The notes beneath the pieces are model-generated. The model had not been told where the DNA came from and did not search any database. It was given only the letters and a program-made list of their open reading frames with translations. A stretch of DNA of 64,000 nucleotides from Paracoccaceae bacterium (GTDB lineage Bacteria; Pseudomonadota; Alphaproteobacteria; Rhodobacterales; Rhodobacteraceae), in assembly GCA_034111185.1 (NCBI GenBank), contig JAWUXS010000026.1, positions 49,814 through 113,813 of the forward strand, read 5' to 3'. Below, in pieces: positions 49,437-60,143 of this stretch (within the stretch, counting starts at the first letter, position 1; each line of letters starts with the position of its first letter). A program made the position numbers and the translations under genes.

Positions 49437-50837
49437 TCAGTCGATTTGGTATGGCAACATTCCACGCATATTTTGATCAACCCGCAAGCGTCGCTCAAGA
49501 GGGGGGACAGCGCGTTGGTGGCAATTGCGGCGTTCACAAATGCGGCACGAAATCCCGATGGGCGCGTAGGCGTCGGGGGCTGCAATACTCATATGATCGG
49601 CGTAGACTAGCGCGTCTGCGTGGCGGACTTCGCAGCCAAGCCCGATCGCGTAGCGGCGCACGGGCGCGTTGTATGAACCACCAGATTTGCTGACATCGCG
49701 GGCAAGGCAAAAGTAGCGCACGCCGTCGGGTGTTTCGGCCAACTGGCGCAAGAACTGGCCGGGTGTTTCAAAGGCGCGGTGCACATTCCACAGCGGGCAT
49801 GCGCCGCCATAACGGGCAAACTGTAGTGTCGTGGCAGAGTGGCGTTTGGTGATCGTGCCTGCCTGATCGACGCGGACAAAGAAGAACGGGATGCCCTTAG
49901 CACCGGTGCGTTGCAGTGTGGAAAGCCTGTGTGCCACTTGTTCAAGCGATGCGCCAAAGTGCGCGCCAAGCAGCTCAAGGTCATGCCGCGTTTCTTGTGC
50001 GGTTTCCAGAAATGCGCCGTATGGCATCAGGGCCGCCCCAGCAAAGTAGTTCGCAAGACCTACCTGCGCGATGCTGCGGGCCGCGTCGGATTGAAAATTC
50101 GCAAGATCAAGTGTGGCAGTCAGTAAGTCGCTTTGGGTCAGCAGGGCCACTTGCAGCAATAACTGGAACGTCTGCGTGGCGGGCGCTGCATCGCGGGCAA
50201 GGGTCAGGACCTGCAGGGCGGGGTCAAAATGTCGGATTGCATCGGATTGTGCAAATCGAACGGTGATGCCTTGCGTCTCGAGCGCTGCAATTGCGGCTTG
50301 GGTGATCGTCTGATCGGGTCTGCAATTTTGGGCAAAACGTTCGGCAGCACGATCAACCGGATCGATGTAGTTGTCGCAATAATGAAAGAAGTCGCGCACC
50401 TCTTCCCATGGGCTGGATTGTAGGCGGGCATCCTCGCGGCCCAATGCTTCGTCCAATGAGGCAAGGCGTTCGTGGGTTTGGCGGTACCCCGCATGCAGGT
50501 CAAGAAACGCACGTGCTAGGGCGGGTGCGTTTGCTGCTGCAAGTCGTAAATCTGCAAGTGCGGGGGCAGGGCCTGTGAAAACCGGATCGGCTAAAGCCTC
50601 GCGCATGTCGCTGACAAGACGTGCTTCGTCTCCTGCTTGCAGCTCGGACACATCAAAGCCGAATTGCTGCACAAGTCCAAGAACAACAGTCGTGCTGACG
50701 GGCCTGTTGTTGTTCTCCATCTGGTTGAGATACGGCAGCGATACGCCCAAGCGGTCGGCAAATGCCTTTTGAGTCAAGGCCACGCGGCCCCGTAATTCAC
50801 GCAGCTTTGCACCGGCATAGAGTTTTTGAACGGCCAT
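49437..50837 (-). CDS. pccR: short-chain fatty acyl-CoA regulator (ScfR/RamB/PccR family)
   Basis: XRE HTH (YLNQMENN.RP), ANYFAGA, HRLSTLQR, GACPLW, C-terminal CRICER..C.QRA.P; beside pccB. Confidence 0.85.
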   Translation of the reverse strand: MAVQKLYAGAKLRELRGRVALTQKAFADRLGVSLPYLNQMENNNRPVSTTVVLGLVQQFGFDVSELQAGDEARLVSDMREALADPVFTGPAPALADLRLAAANAPALARAFLDLHAGYRQTHERLASLDEALGREDARLQSSPWEEVRDFFHYCDNYIDPVDRAAERFAQNCRPDQTITQAAIAALETQGITVRFAQSDAIRHFDPALQVLTLARDAAPATQTFQLLLQVALLTQSDLLTATLDLANFQSDAARSIAQVGLANYFAGAALMPYGAFLETAQETRHDLELLGAHFGASLEQVAHRLSTLQRTGAKGIPFFFVRVDQAGTITKRHSATTLQFARYGGACPLWNVHRAFETPGQFLRQLAETPDGVRYFCLARDVSKSGGSYNAPVRRYAIGLGCEVRHADALVYADHMSIAAPDAYAPIGISCRICERRNCHQRAVPPLERRLRVDQNMRGMLPYQID

Positions 50838-50902
50838 ATCGCGCCTCTGGTTTGCTATCTTTGCAATACGCGCTGCAAAGCCTGCAAATCAAGGGGAAGG
50901 CG

Positions 50903-52117
50903 TCATGTCGTGATCTGTTTCTCGCGCCACATCACATAAAGGATGGAAAGCAGCGACGCGAATACCGATAGGAACATGATCCATTGCAACGGTAAAACAC
51001 CCGACTCGACGGTCATAAGCGCGCCTGCCATCGCAGATAGGCCCGCGCCGCCACCAATCATGATCGCACCGCTTAGCCCGCTTGCTGTGCCCGCCAGATG
51101 CGGACGCACCGATAGGACGCCTGCCATGACGTTTGGCAGGACAAGGCCGTTGCCAATGCCAAGGAAGATGCAGAACCCAAAAAAGATATAGGCGTTTAAC
51201 CAACCCATAAGGCCAATGAATAACGACGTGCCAAAGGCGGCAGTCAAAATGCACGAACCGATAAGTGCCATACGGTTAATGCCAAATCGCGCCGAATACC
51301 GTCCAGATAAGAAGTTTCCGCACATATAGCCGGTGGCGGGAATGCCCAGTGCTAATCCCGTCCAGAATGGGGACAGGCCAAACACCGTGCCTGCAACAAA
51401 GGATGATCCGCCCAGCAGGGCAAAGAACGCGCCTGATGCAAAGGCCGAGGAGAGCGAGTAGCCCCAGAAGCGCGGTGAGCGGAGAAGTTCGGGGTAACCC
51501 TTAAGCTGTTCTGAGAATGAAATGCCGCCATCACGAACCGTTTCACCTTGGTCGAAAAGGCATAGCAGGCCAACGCCCGCGCCGAAGAGCGTCAGGAACA
51601 CAAATGATGCGCGCCAGTCATATAGCTGGTCTAGCAATCCGCCGATTGTCGGGCCGAACATGGGCACGAGGGCCATGCCCATCGTGACATAGCCAATCAT
51701 TGATGCCGCTTCGTTCTGGGGGACGATGTCGCGCACGATTGCGCGGCTTAGTACCATGGCAGTGGCGACGATGGCCTGCATCATGCGGAAAAAGAGGAAC
51801 CAAAAGATTGAGGTCGTGAAGATCGCAGCAGCCGATGCTGCAACGAAAATCGCCAATGAAACAAGGACAACTTTGCGACGCCCGAATCTGTCCGAGATCG
51901 GACCAATGAATAGCTGCACAAAGGCTGTGGCGAATAAATAACCCGAGATTGCCAGCTGCATCACGCCGTATTCGGTGTCGAAATACACGGCCATCCGGTC
52001 AAGGGATGGGACGAATATCGACATGTTCAGGGCGGAAAGGCCCGCGAGCAGGATCAATGTTGCAATGTGGGGCGGGGTGTTGCGGTCAAGAAACCGCACG
52101 ACGGGTGCTGTCTTCAT
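50903..52117 (-). CDS. Bcr/CflA family MFS efflux transporter
   Basis: [10 protein letters not shown] motif A, RAIVRD, P..GP.IGG, 12 TM; start uncertain. Confidence 0.88.
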   Translation of the reverse strand: MKTAPVVRFLDRNTPPHIATLILLAGLSALNMSIFVPSLDRMAVYFDTEYGVMQLAISGYLFATAFVQLFIGPISDRFGRRKVVLVSLAIFVAASAAAIFTTSIFWFLFFRMMQAIVATAMVLSRAIVRDIVPQNEAASMIGYVTMGMALVPMFGPTIGGLLDQLYDWRASFVFLTLFGAGVGLLCLFDQGETVRDGGISFSEQLKGYPELLRSPRFWGYSLSSAFASGAFFALLGGSSFVAGTVFGLSPFWTGLALGIPATGYMCGNFLSGRYSARFGINRMALIGSCILTAAFGTSLFIGLMGWLNAYIFFGFCIFLGIGNGLVLPNVMAGVLSVRPHLAGTASGLSGAIMIGGGAGLSAMAGALMTVESGVLPLQWIMFLSVFASLLSILYVMWREKQITT

Positions 52118-52206
52118 ACGCAAGACGTATGCCTGTGTTGCGGGGCTGTCCATCGACAATCGCGGACGGCGTTAATCTGGGTAATCTGCTTGGTGATGCG
52201 GGTTTT

Positions 52207-52264
52207 GGATATTTGCAGATTTGCAAAATCTACACGTGCTATCTTTTGGAATTTGCAAATATCC
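52207..52264 (+). promoter_or_regulatory. PccR-type TTTGCAAA operator array upstream of pccB
   Basis: TTTGCAGA (52212-19), TTTGCAAA (52220-27), TTTGCAAA (52252-59); 13/14 inverted repeat GGATATTTGCAGAT...ATTTGCAAATATCC. Confidence 0.72.
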
Positions 52265-52332
52265 TCATTGATGCTTCTCCTTCTGGGTCTCACCACGTAA
52301 GAAGGGGGAAACCTCAGACCAACAGGTGTGCC

Positions 52333-53862
52333 ATGACAATTCTTGAAGAACTCGAAGCCCGCCGCGCGACTGCCCGTCTTGGTGGCGGTGAAAAGCGGAT
52401 CGCGGCGCAACACGCCAAAGGCAAGCTGACAGCACGTGAGCGGATCGATCTGCTGCTGGATGACGGTAGTTTCGAAGAGTTTGATATGTTTGTTGCCCAC
52501 CGCTGCACTGATTTCGGTATGGAGCAACAACGCCCTGCGGGTGACGGTGTTGTCACAGGCTGGGGCACGATCAATGGCCGGATGGTCTATGTGTACAGCC
52601 AAGACTTTACCGTTTTTGGCGGATCACTTTCTGAAACCCACGCACAGAAGATCTGCAAAATCATGGATATGGCGATGCAAAACGGCGCGCCTGTTATTGG
52701 TCTTAACGACTCTGGCGGTGCGCGTATCCAAGAGGGGGTGGCGTCGCTTGCTGGTTATGCCGAGGTTTTCCAGCGCAACATCATGGCGTCAGGCGTTGTG
52801 CCGCAAATTTCAGTTATCATGGGGCCATGTGCAGGTGGTGCGGTTTATAGCCCTGCGATGACCGACTTTATCTTTATGGTCAAAGACACGTCCTATATGT
52901 TCGTGACAGGACCCGATGTTGTGAAAACAGTAACGAACGAAGTTGTCACAGCCGAAGAACTGGGCGGGGCATCAACCCACACCAAGAAATCATCTGTGGC
53001 CGATGGCGCATTTGAAAACGACGTTGAGGCATTAATCGAAGTGCGCCGTCTTGTGGATCTTTTGCCGCTGAATAATCGCCAAAAGCCGCCTGTGCGCCCG
53101 TTCTTTGACGATGTGAACCGGATCGAAGACAGTCTTGATACGTTGATCCCTGACAATCCAAACACGCCTTACGATATGAAAGAGCTGATCAATAAGCTGG
53201 GCGACGAGGGCGATTTCTTTGAAATCCAAGAGGATTACGCGAAAAACATCCTGACCGGCTTTATCCGCCTTGAGGGATCAACCGTGGGTGTGGTTGCGAA
53301 CCAGCCGATGGTTCTGGCGGGTTGCCTCGACATTGATAGCTCGCGCAAGGCCGCGCGATTTGTGCGGTTCTGCGATGCGTTTGAAATCCCTATCCTGACG
53401 CTTGTCGACGTTCCGGGCTTTTTGCCGGGCACAAGCCAAGAATTTGGCGGCGTGATCAAACACGGTGCAAAGCTTTTGTTCGCATATGGCGAAGCGACAG
53501 TGCCAAAAGTGACTGTGATCACGCGCAAAGCCTACGGCGGCGCGTATGACGTGATGGCGTCCAAGCACCTGCGCGGCGACTTTAACTATGCGTGGCCCAC
53601 AGCCGAAATCGCTGTGATGGGCGCAAAAGGTGCCACCGAGATTATCCACCGTGGTGATCTGGGTGAAGCGGAAAAGATTGCCCAGCACACCAAAGACTAT
53701 GAAGACCGGTTTGCGAACCCGTTTGTGGCCGCCGAAAAGGGCTTTATCGACGAAGTGATCATGCCGCATTCGACGCGTAGACGTGTCTGTCGTGCATTTG
53801 CGTCCTTGCGGGGCAAGTCATTGCAGAACCCGTGGAAGAAGCACGATAATATCCCACTGTAG
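52333..53862 (+). CDS. pccB: propionyl-CoA carboxylase beta subunit
   Basis: [42 protein letters not shown]; start moved to MTILEE. Confidence 0.95.
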   Translation: MTILEELEARRATARLGGGEKRIAAQHAKGKLTARERIDLLLDDGSFEEFDMFVAHRCTDFGMEQQRPAGDGVVTGWGTINGRMVYVYSQDFTVFGGSLSETHAQKICKIMDMAMQNGAPVIGLNDSGGARIQEGVASLAGYAEVFQRNIMASGVVPQISVIMGPCAGGAVYSPAMTDFIFMVKDTSYMFVTGPDVVKTVTNEVVTAEELGGASTHTKKSSVADGAFENDVEALIEVRRLVDLLPLNNRQKPPVRPFFDDVNRIEDSLDTLIPDNPNTPYDMKELINKLGDEGDFFEIQEDYAKNILTGFIRLEGSTVGVVANQPMVLAGCLDIDSSRKAARFVRFCDAFEIPILTLVDVPGFLPGTSQEFGGVIKHGAKLLFAYGEATVPKVTVITRKAYGGAYDVMASKHLRGDFNYAWPTAEIAVMGAKGATEIIHRGDLGEAEKIAQHTKDYEDRFANPFVAAEKGFIDEVIMPHSTRRRVCRAFASLRGKSLQNPWKKHDNIPL

Positions 53863-53915
53863 ATCGTGGCCTGTGCCGCGGCGAACTTGAACATAAACAA
53901 AGAAAGGTTGTTGCA

Positions 53916-54296
53916 ATGAAGTTCCTGCATTTTGTGCTGCCTTTTTGTTTGGCCAGTGGGGCCGCTGCCCAAGCCATTCCAGTGCCTTCGGGCGTTGATA
54001 TGACGTTGTTTGAAGTTCTGTTTGAGCAAGAGCCAGTCCAGCTTGCGCGGTTCCGTTTTGTTGTGCCTGCGATTGCAGGTGGTGCTGTTCCATTTGGTGA
54101 CGTTGCATCAGATATCGAATACTTATGTGGCGCCGTTGTCGTTCCGGCGCTGGCTGCCAATGCATGGACATCAGGCGAAGTTGTGATCTCATTGTCGGCA
54201 CAAGAGCTGGGTTTTGGCGAACCTGCACACGATATTACCCAGTATTTTCAACCTTTTAGTATCCAAGATGGCAATTGCCATTGGGAAGAGTTTTAA
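53916..54296 (+). CDS. exported hypothetical protein (DUF6497-like)
   Basis: Signal peptide, VPSG, RFRFV.P.I, two Cys, C-terminal C.WE.F. Confidence 0.75.
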   Translation: MKFLHFVLPFCLASGAAAQAIPVPSGVDMTLFEVLFEQEPVQLARFRFVVPAIAGGAVPFGDVASDIEYLCGAVVVPALAANAWTSGEVVISLSAQELGFGEPAHDITQYFQPFSIQDGNCHWEEF

Positions 54297-54644
54297 ATGG
54301 AAAAGCATCGAGGATTTCCCGGCCGTTTGGCAGGGACAGATTTCCAATTCATAATCCGACGCGCCTATAAAGAAGGTGCAACGCCTCTGACCGAGCGCGA
54401 GCGCTTTCGCGACCGCAGACCGCCTGACCGGCGTGCCGACGCAGGCTTTATGCGGGCATTGTGGGAACAGTTTGGCGATCAGCCGTTCGTGCGCGGCAAT
54501 CTTGATGCGGGGCGTCTTAGCTGGCTTTTGGGCCGCGAAGTCATTCCTGCCGAAGATCCATTTGATCCCGCCGATTACGAGGCGCTATTGCGCATCGACG
54601 TTGCCAAAATGCGGATCAACTTTCCCGAAATATTAGGAGCGTAG
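54297..54644 (+). CDS. hypothetical protein
   Basis: 115-aa ORF abutting the upstream stop; FPGRLAG, RGNLDAGRLSWLLGREV. Confidence 0.75.
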   Translation: MEKHRGFPGRLAGTDFQFIIRRAYKEGATPLTERERFRDRRPPDRRADAGFMRALWEQFGDQPFVRGNLDAGRLSWLLGREVIPAEDPFDPADYEALLRIDVAKMRINFPEILGA

Positions 54645-54761
54645 GCCTTTGGCACTCGGCGATTACTTGCACATCTTGAACCCAGACCAGCGGAATTCAG
54701 CGCAGATTTGCGCCGACGCTGGTTCGCGCTTTGCTGTGCAGTTTTTTCCCGCCAAAGTGGA

Positions 54762-54865
54762 GACAGCAAAGTTCGGTTTCAACATGTCGAATGATGCGAA
54801 TTGTCAAAACCGTTACCCTTCCCCTAACCGGTCTGCCCCTTATCGGGGTGGATCGGCCCCTTTTT
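54762..54865 (+). ncRNA. candidate small RNA
   Basis: Upstream TTGCTG-N17-AAAGTG; GTTA-CCCTTCCCC-TAAC stem-loop; 11-bp hairpin CGGTCTGCCCC/GGGGTGGATCG then CCCCTTTTT; no credible ORF. Confidence 0.45.
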
Positions 54866-54998
54866 GCGTCATCCAAAAGGTAAGGTTTTCCGGTAGAACG
54901 GGGGGGGATTGTCCCTGTTATGTAAACAAAAGGGTTGATGTTGTGCACCAGACAGGTGATTCTGTCCGGACAATTAAAACAGGTAAGGTCAAATCATC

Positions 54999-55199
54999 AT
55001 GCTTAATAAATCTTGGATTCTCGCAATCACCGCTTCATTCTCTCTCGCAGGTTGTCTCGAGAGTGACGGAGAGCGCGCGCTCGTCGGTGCTGGCGTTGGT
55101 TGTATTGCCAGCGAAGCAATCACCGGCGGTGACTGTACAACTGGTGCACTCGGTGGCGCACTTATCGGCACACTCGCTGACGACGTCACTGGTCGCTAA
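54999..55199 (+). CDS. small glycine-zipper lipoprotein
   Basis: Lipobox LAGC; GAGVG and GALGGALIG motifs; own terminator. Confidence 0.8.
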   Translation: MLNKSWILAITASFSLAGCLESDGERALVGAGVGCIASEAITGGDCTTGALGGALIGTLADDVTGR

Positions 55200-55229
55200 A
55201 ACTTTCCAGCTTTCGCTGGTTGATATTCG

Positions 55230-55261
55230 ACGCCGTCGGGGTTCGTCCCCGGCGGCGTTTT
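55230..55261 (+). terminator. rho-independent terminator
   Basis: ACGCCGTCGGGG-TTCGT-CCCCGGCGGCGT-TTT. Confidence 0.75.
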
Positions 55262-55281
55262 GCGTTTAAAGGACTGCTCAC

Positions 55282-57279
55282 ATGTTCAAGAAAATTCTGA
55301 TCGCCAACCGTGGTGAAATTGCTTGCCGCGTTATCAAGACAGCAAAGAAAATGGGGATCAAAACGGTCGCCATTTATTCTGATGCGGACAGAAACGCACT
55401 GCATGTAAAGATGGCAGACGAAGCCGTGCGCATTGGGCCGGCGCCTGCCAATCAGTCCTATATCGTCATCGAAAAGGTGATGGACGCGATCAAACAAACG
55501 GGCGCAGAGGCCGTGCATCCGGGTTATGGTTTCTTGTCCGAGAACGCAAAGTTCGCCGAGGCACTTGAGGCCGCAGGCGTTGCGTTTATTGGTCCGCCTA
55601 AGGGCGCGATTGAAAAGATGGGCGACAAGATCACGTCCAAGAAGCTGGCCCAAGAGGCGAATGTTTCCACGGTCCCCGGCTATATGGGTTTGATCGAAGA
55701 CGCAGACGAAGCGGTCAAAATCTCAAACGAGGTCGGCTATCCTGTGATGCTTAAAGCGTCAGCTGGTGGTGGCGGCAAGGGCATGCGGATTGCATGGAAT
55801 GATCAAGAAGCCCGCGAAGGTTTCCAATCGTCCAAGAACGAAGCGGCAAACTCGTTTGGCGATGACCGGATTTTCATTGAAAAATTCATCACCCAACCCC
55901 GCCATATCGAAATTCAGGTGCTTTGCGACAAGCACGGCAATGGCGTCTTCCTGCATGAGCGGGAATGTTCGATCCAACGGCGTCAGCAAAAGGTCATCGA
56001 AGAAGCACCAAGCCCGTTTCTTGACCCTGAAACACGTGCGGCGATGGGTGCGCAGTCTGTGGCATTGGCCAAGGCGGTCGATTATGCATCGGCAGGTACA
56101 GTTGAATTTATCGTTGATGGCGACCGCAACTTTTACTTCCTTGAGATGAACACGCGTTTGCAGGTGGAACACCCTGTAACCGAGCTGATTACTGGCGTTG
56201 ATCTGGTCGAACAGATGATCCGCGTCGCCTATGGCGAAACGCTGCCATTCAAACAAGATGATTTGAAAATCAACGGCTGGGCCATGGAAAGCCGCCTATA
56301 CGCCGAGGACCCGTACCGTGGGTTCCTGCCGTCTATTGGCCGTCTCACGCGCTACCGCCCACCCGCCGAAGAGGCGACAGCGACCCGCGCTGTGCGCAAC
56401 GATACCGGCGTCTTTGAGGGCGGCGAGATCAGCATGTATTACGATCCGATGATCGCAAAGCTGTGCACATGGGCACCTGACCGCGCTGCCGCGATTGAGG
56501 AAATGCGTCTGGCACTTGATGCGTTTGAGGTTGAGGGCATTGGCCACAACCTGCCGTTCTTGGCATCGGTTTATGACCACCCGAAATTCACGTCAGGCAA
56601 CATGACCACAGCATTCATCGAAGAAGAGTTCCCTGATGGCTTTGATGGTGTGCCGCTTGTTGCGCGCGACGTAAAGCGCGTCGCTGCTGCGATTTCCGCA
56701 ATGTACCGTGTGACCGAAATTCGCCGGACCCGCGTGTCAGGCCGGATGGACAACCACGAACGCAAAGTTGGCTCTGACTGGGTTGTGCGCCTACAGGGCG
56801 AAGATGTCCCCGTCGTAATTGATGCGGATCAATCAGGTGCGACGATCAACATGGGCACAGAAAGCCTGCGCGTCGAGAGCGACTGGACACCGGGTCAGCC
56901 GCTTGCCCGCCTTATGGTCGATGGTGAACCTCTGGTTCTGAAGATCAGCAAACTGCCTGGCGGTTTCCGGGTCCGTTACCGCGGTGCTGATCTGCCTGTG
57001 CATGTGTATTCACCGCGTCAGGCCGAGCTTGCTGCCCTCATGCCTGAAAAAATCGCTGCAGATACGTCAAAGTTGCTGCTTTGCCCAATGCCAGGTCTGA
57101 TCGTGGCAGTGAATGTCGCCGTCGGCGACGAGGTCCAAGAGGGACAAGCGCTATGCACTGTCGAGGCGATGAAGATGGAAAACATCCTCAAGGCCGAGAA
57201 AAAGGGCGTCGTGTCCAAAGTCAACGCGGCCGCAGGCGATAGCCTAGCTGTTGACGATATCATTTTGGAATTCGAGTGA
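55282..57279 (+). CDS. pccA: propionyl-CoA carboxylase alpha subunit (biotin carboxylase plus BCCP)
   Basis: ANRGEIA, HPGYGFLSEN, GGGGKGMR, EMNTRLQVEH, EAMKM biotinylation motif. Confidence 0.95.
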   Translation: MFKKILIANRGEIACRVIKTAKKMGIKTVAIYSDADRNALHVKMADEAVRIGPAPANQSYIVIEKVMDAIKQTGAEAVHPGYGFLSENAKFAEALEAAGVAFIGPPKGAIEKMGDKITSKKLAQEANVSTVPGYMGLIEDADEAVKISNEVGYPVMLKASAGGGGKGMRIAWNDQEAREGFQSSKNEAANSFGDDRIFIEKFITQPRHIEIQVLCDKHGNGVFLHERECSIQRRQQKVIEEAPSPFLDPETRAAMGAQSVALAKAVDYASAGTVEFIVDGDRNFYFLEMNTRLQVEHPVTELITGVDLVEQMIRVAYGETLPFKQDDLKINGWAMESRLYAEDPYRGFLPSIGRLTRYRPPAEEATATRAVRNDTGVFEGGEISMYYDPMIAKLCTWAPDRAAAIEEMRLALDAFEVEGIGHNLPFLASVYDHPKFTSGNMTTAFIEEEFPDGFDGVPLVARDVKRVAAAISAMYRVTEIRRTRVSGRMDNHERKVGSDWVVRLQGEDVPVVIDADQSGATINMGTESLRVESDWTPGQPLARLMVDGEPLVLKISKLPGGFRVRYRGADLPVHVYSPRQAELAALMPEKIAADTSKLLLCPMPGLIVAVNVAVGDEVQEGQALCTVEAMKMENILKAEKKGVVSKVNAAAGDSLAVDDIILEFE

Positions 57280-57310
57280 TCTTGTCAGCCGAAATAACGG
57301 GTAGGGCGGT

Positions 57311-57775
57311 TTATCCGCCCAACCTGCGATCGCTGATCTCTTGTTGGCGCAACGGCATTTTGTCGATTGAGCGGGACAGCTCGCGCACGCTCCAAGGTGC
57401 GGGTTTGCGCAATGCGACACGCCCGTCTTTGCTAAGCAATGCCAACATAAAGCCACGCGGGCGTAATTCTGTGCGCAATGCACTTGGGTTGTCAGGATCA
57501 GTATCCGTGATGATGATCACATCGCGCAGCGCAAGATCGTCAGGTCGATTCGTCAATAAATCCATCTGGCTCAAAAACTGCGGATCATCTGGCGCTTCGC
57601 CAAACACGACAAGCGCGCGTGCGTGCCACGTAAAATCATCAAGCGTGATTTCAGAGGCTTCGAATATTTGTGTATGGTCGGCCTCCCACGCCTCAAGAAC
57701 TGTGCCGTCTTGGGCAAATGCGGGGCTACTGACCAAGGCCAGCGCGGCGAGCGCGGAGATTAATGTGCGTTTCAT
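57311..57775 (-). CDS. DUF4174 domain exported protein
   Basis: Signal peptide; R.LVVF, LRPRGF...KDG, IDKMPLRQQE. Confidence 0.8.
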   Translation of the reverse strand: MKRTLISALAALALVSSPAFAQDGTVLEAWEADHTQIFEASEITLDDFTWHARALVVFGEAPDDPQFLSQMDLLTNRPDDLALRDVIIITDTDPDNPSALRTELRPRGFMLALLSKDGRVALRKPAPWSVRELSRSIDKMPLRQQEISDRRLGG

Positions 57776-57862
57776 ACTTAACGATATAGGTGCGTTGATC
57801 GCAAAAGCGAAACGATCTGCGACAATCCTTTCAAAAAAATATCCGCCCATCGGGAGAATGAC

Positions 57863-59989
57863 ATGACTGATCACGAAAAATGGGCTGAAATTGCCAAAGC
57901 AGAGCTGCGTGGCAAGCCGTTAGGCGATCTGACATGGAAAACCCTTGAGGGGATCGAGGTTCAACCGCTGTATACGGCTGACGATACTGCTGACCTGCCA
58001 CATATGGGCGGCATTCCGGGGCAGGCGCCTTATACACGCGGCGTTAAGGCCACGATGTATGCTGGCCGCCCTTGGACGATCCGCCAATACGCAGGTTTCT
58101 CCACAGCCGAGGAATCCAACGCATTCTACCGCAAAGCGCTAGCCGCAGGTCAGCAGGGTGTTTCCGTTGCCTTTGATCTGGCGACGCATCGTGGCTATGA
58201 CAGCGACCACGAGCGGGTCGAGGGTGATGTCGGCAAAGCTGGCGTTGCGATTGATAGCGTTGAGGATATGAAAATCCTGTTCGACGGTATCCCGTTGGAC
58301 AAAGTATCAGTTTCAATGACGATGAACGGCGCAGTGATCCCGATCCTCGCGAGCTTTATTGTCACCGGAGAAGAGCAGGGGCACGACAAATCTGTGCTGT
58401 CTGGGACAATCCAGAATGACATCCTTAAGGAATTTATGGTGCGGAACACTTATGTGTACCCGCCTGAACCGTCGATGCGTCTGATCGCGGACATTATCGA
58501 ATATACGTCTGCCGAGATGCCAAAATTCAACAGCATCTCGATCTCTGGCTACCATATGCAAGAGGCTGGCGCTAACCTTGTCCAAGAACTCGCGTTCACC
58601 ATCGCTGATGGTCGCGAATACGTGCGCACCGCGATTGCGCGTGGCATGGACGTGGATGCGTTTGCTGGGCGTTTGTCGTTCTTCTTTGCGATTGGCATGA
58701 ACTTTTTCATGGAAGCCGCGAAATTGCGTGCCGCGCGTCTGCTTTGGTCGCGGGTCATGGCCGAGTTTGAGCCCAAGAACCCAAAGTCATCCATGCTGCG
58801 GACCCACTGCCAAACGTCTGGCGTATCCCTGCAAGAACAAGACCCATACAACAACGTCATCCGCACCGCATACGAGGCGATGTCAGCCGTGCTTGGCGGC
58901 ACGCAGTCCCTTCACACCAATGCATTGGACGAAGCGATTGCCCTGCCAACCGACTTTTCCAGTCGCGTGGCGCGCAATACCCAGTTGATTTTGCAAGAAG
59001 AAACCGGCGTGACCAACGTCGTCGATCCTTTGGCAGGTTCATACTATGTCGAAAGCTTGACGCATGAGCTGGCCGAGCAAGCTTGGAAGCTGATCGAGGA
59101 AGTCGAAGAGATGGGCGGCATGACCAAGGCTGTGGCCTCGGGTATGCCAAAGCTGAAAATCGAAGAAACCGCCGCAACCCGTCAGGCGATGATCGACCGT
59201 GGCACCGAAGTCATTGTTGGTGTGAACAAATACCGCAAAGACAACGAAGACCCGATTGATATCCGCGACATTGATAACGGCGCTGTGCGCGACTCGCAGA
59301 TCGCCCGTCTTAAGGCGACCAAAGCGGCCCGCGATGATGCGACATGTGCGGCAACCTTGGCCGAGATTACGCGCCGCGCAAACGAGGGTGGTAACATCCT
59401 TGAGGCAGCCGTTGATGCGGCCCGCGCCCGCGCAACCGTAGGAGAGATCAGCATGGCGATGGAAAAATCATTTGGCCGCCACCGCGCCGAAGTGAAGACT
59501 TTGGCGGGCGTCTATGGTGCCGCTTATGAAGGCGACGCAGGTTTTGCGGCGATCCAAGCATCGGTCGAAAAGTTTGCCGAAGACGAAGGCCGTCGCCCAC
59601 GTATGCTGGTCGTAAAAATGGGCCAAGATGGCCATGATCGCGGTGCCAAAGTTATTGCCACGGCCTTTGCTGATATCGGGTTTGACGTGGACGTTGGTCC
59701 ATTATTCCAAACCCCAGCCGAAGCAGCCCAAGACGCGGTGGACAACGACGTCCATGTCATTGGCATCAGCTCTCAGGCGGCAGGGCACAAGACGCTGGCC
59801 CCGAAATTGGTCCAAGCTTTGAAAGACGCGGGCGCCGAAGATATCCTTGTTATCTGTGGCGGCGTGATCCCCCAGCAGGATTATCAATTCTTGTACGATG
59901 CGGGCGTCAAAGCGATTTTTGGTCCGGGTACAAACATCCCGAACGCAGCCGAGGATATTCTAAAGCTGATCCGCGCATCACGACCCTAG
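57863..59989 (+). CDS. scpA: methylmalonyl-CoA mutase (B12-dependent)
   Basis: [29 protein letters not shown]12-binding [10 protein letters not shown]. Confidence 0.97.
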   Translation: MTDHEKWAEIAKAELRGKPLGDLTWKTLEGIEVQPLYTADDTADLPHMGGIPGQAPYTRGVKATMYAGRPWTIRQYAGFSTAEESNAFYRKALAAGQQGVSVAFDLATHRGYDSDHERVEGDVGKAGVAIDSVEDMKILFDGIPLDKVSVSMTMNGAVIPILASFIVTGEEQGHDKSVLSGTIQNDILKEFMVRNTYVYPPEPSMRLIADIIEYTSAEMPKFNSISISGYHMQEAGANLVQELAFTIADGREYVRTAIARGMDVDAFAGRLSFFFAIGMNFFMEAAKLRAARLLWSRVMAEFEPKNPKSSMLRTHCQTSGVSLQEQDPYNNVIRTAYEAMSAVLGGTQSLHTNALDEAIALPTDFSSRVARNTQLILQEETGVTNVVDPLAGSYYVESLTHELAEQAWKLIEEVEEMGGMTKAVASGMPKLKIEETAATRQAMIDRGTEVIVGVNKYRKDNEDPIDIRDIDNGAVRDSQIARLKATKAARDDATCAATLAEITRRANEGGNILEAAVDAARARATVGEISMAMEKSFGRHRAEVKTLAGVYGAAYEGDAGFAAIQASVEKFAEDEGRRPRMLVVKMGQDGHDRGAKVIATAFADIGFDVDVGPLFQTPAEAAQDAVDNDVHVIGISSQAAGHKTLAPKLVQALKDAGAEDILVICGGVIPQQDYQFLYDAGVKAIFGPGTNIPNAAEDILKLIRASRP

Positions 59990-60020
59990 CCCAGAATAAG
60001 AACTGCAATTTCGAAATGAC

Positions 60021-60055
60021 GGGCCTGCGCAGATGCGCGGGCCTTTCGTGTTTTT
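60021..60055 (+). terminator. rho-independent terminator of the mutase gene
   Basis: GGGCCTGCGC-AGAT-GCGCGGGCCT followed by T-rich tail. Confidence 0.75.
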
Positions 60056-60143
60056 CTGGCTATTGTTCAGATAATACTTGCATCACGCGCTAATCCGTCA
60101 ATTCTAGGGGGACGCGCCTCATATCCCCCAAAGGACTGAAATC

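Noticed and set aside
54900-54907. G8 homopolymers (here and at 18390-18397 in modB) as phase-variation tracts
   Set aside because: The tracts are short, modB is in frame, and a single sequence gives no evidence of variability.
54649-55269. 206-aa ORF spanning the pcc intergenic region
   Set aside because: TTG start, no RBS, atypical composition; it overlaps a terminator and the better-supported lipoprotein gene.
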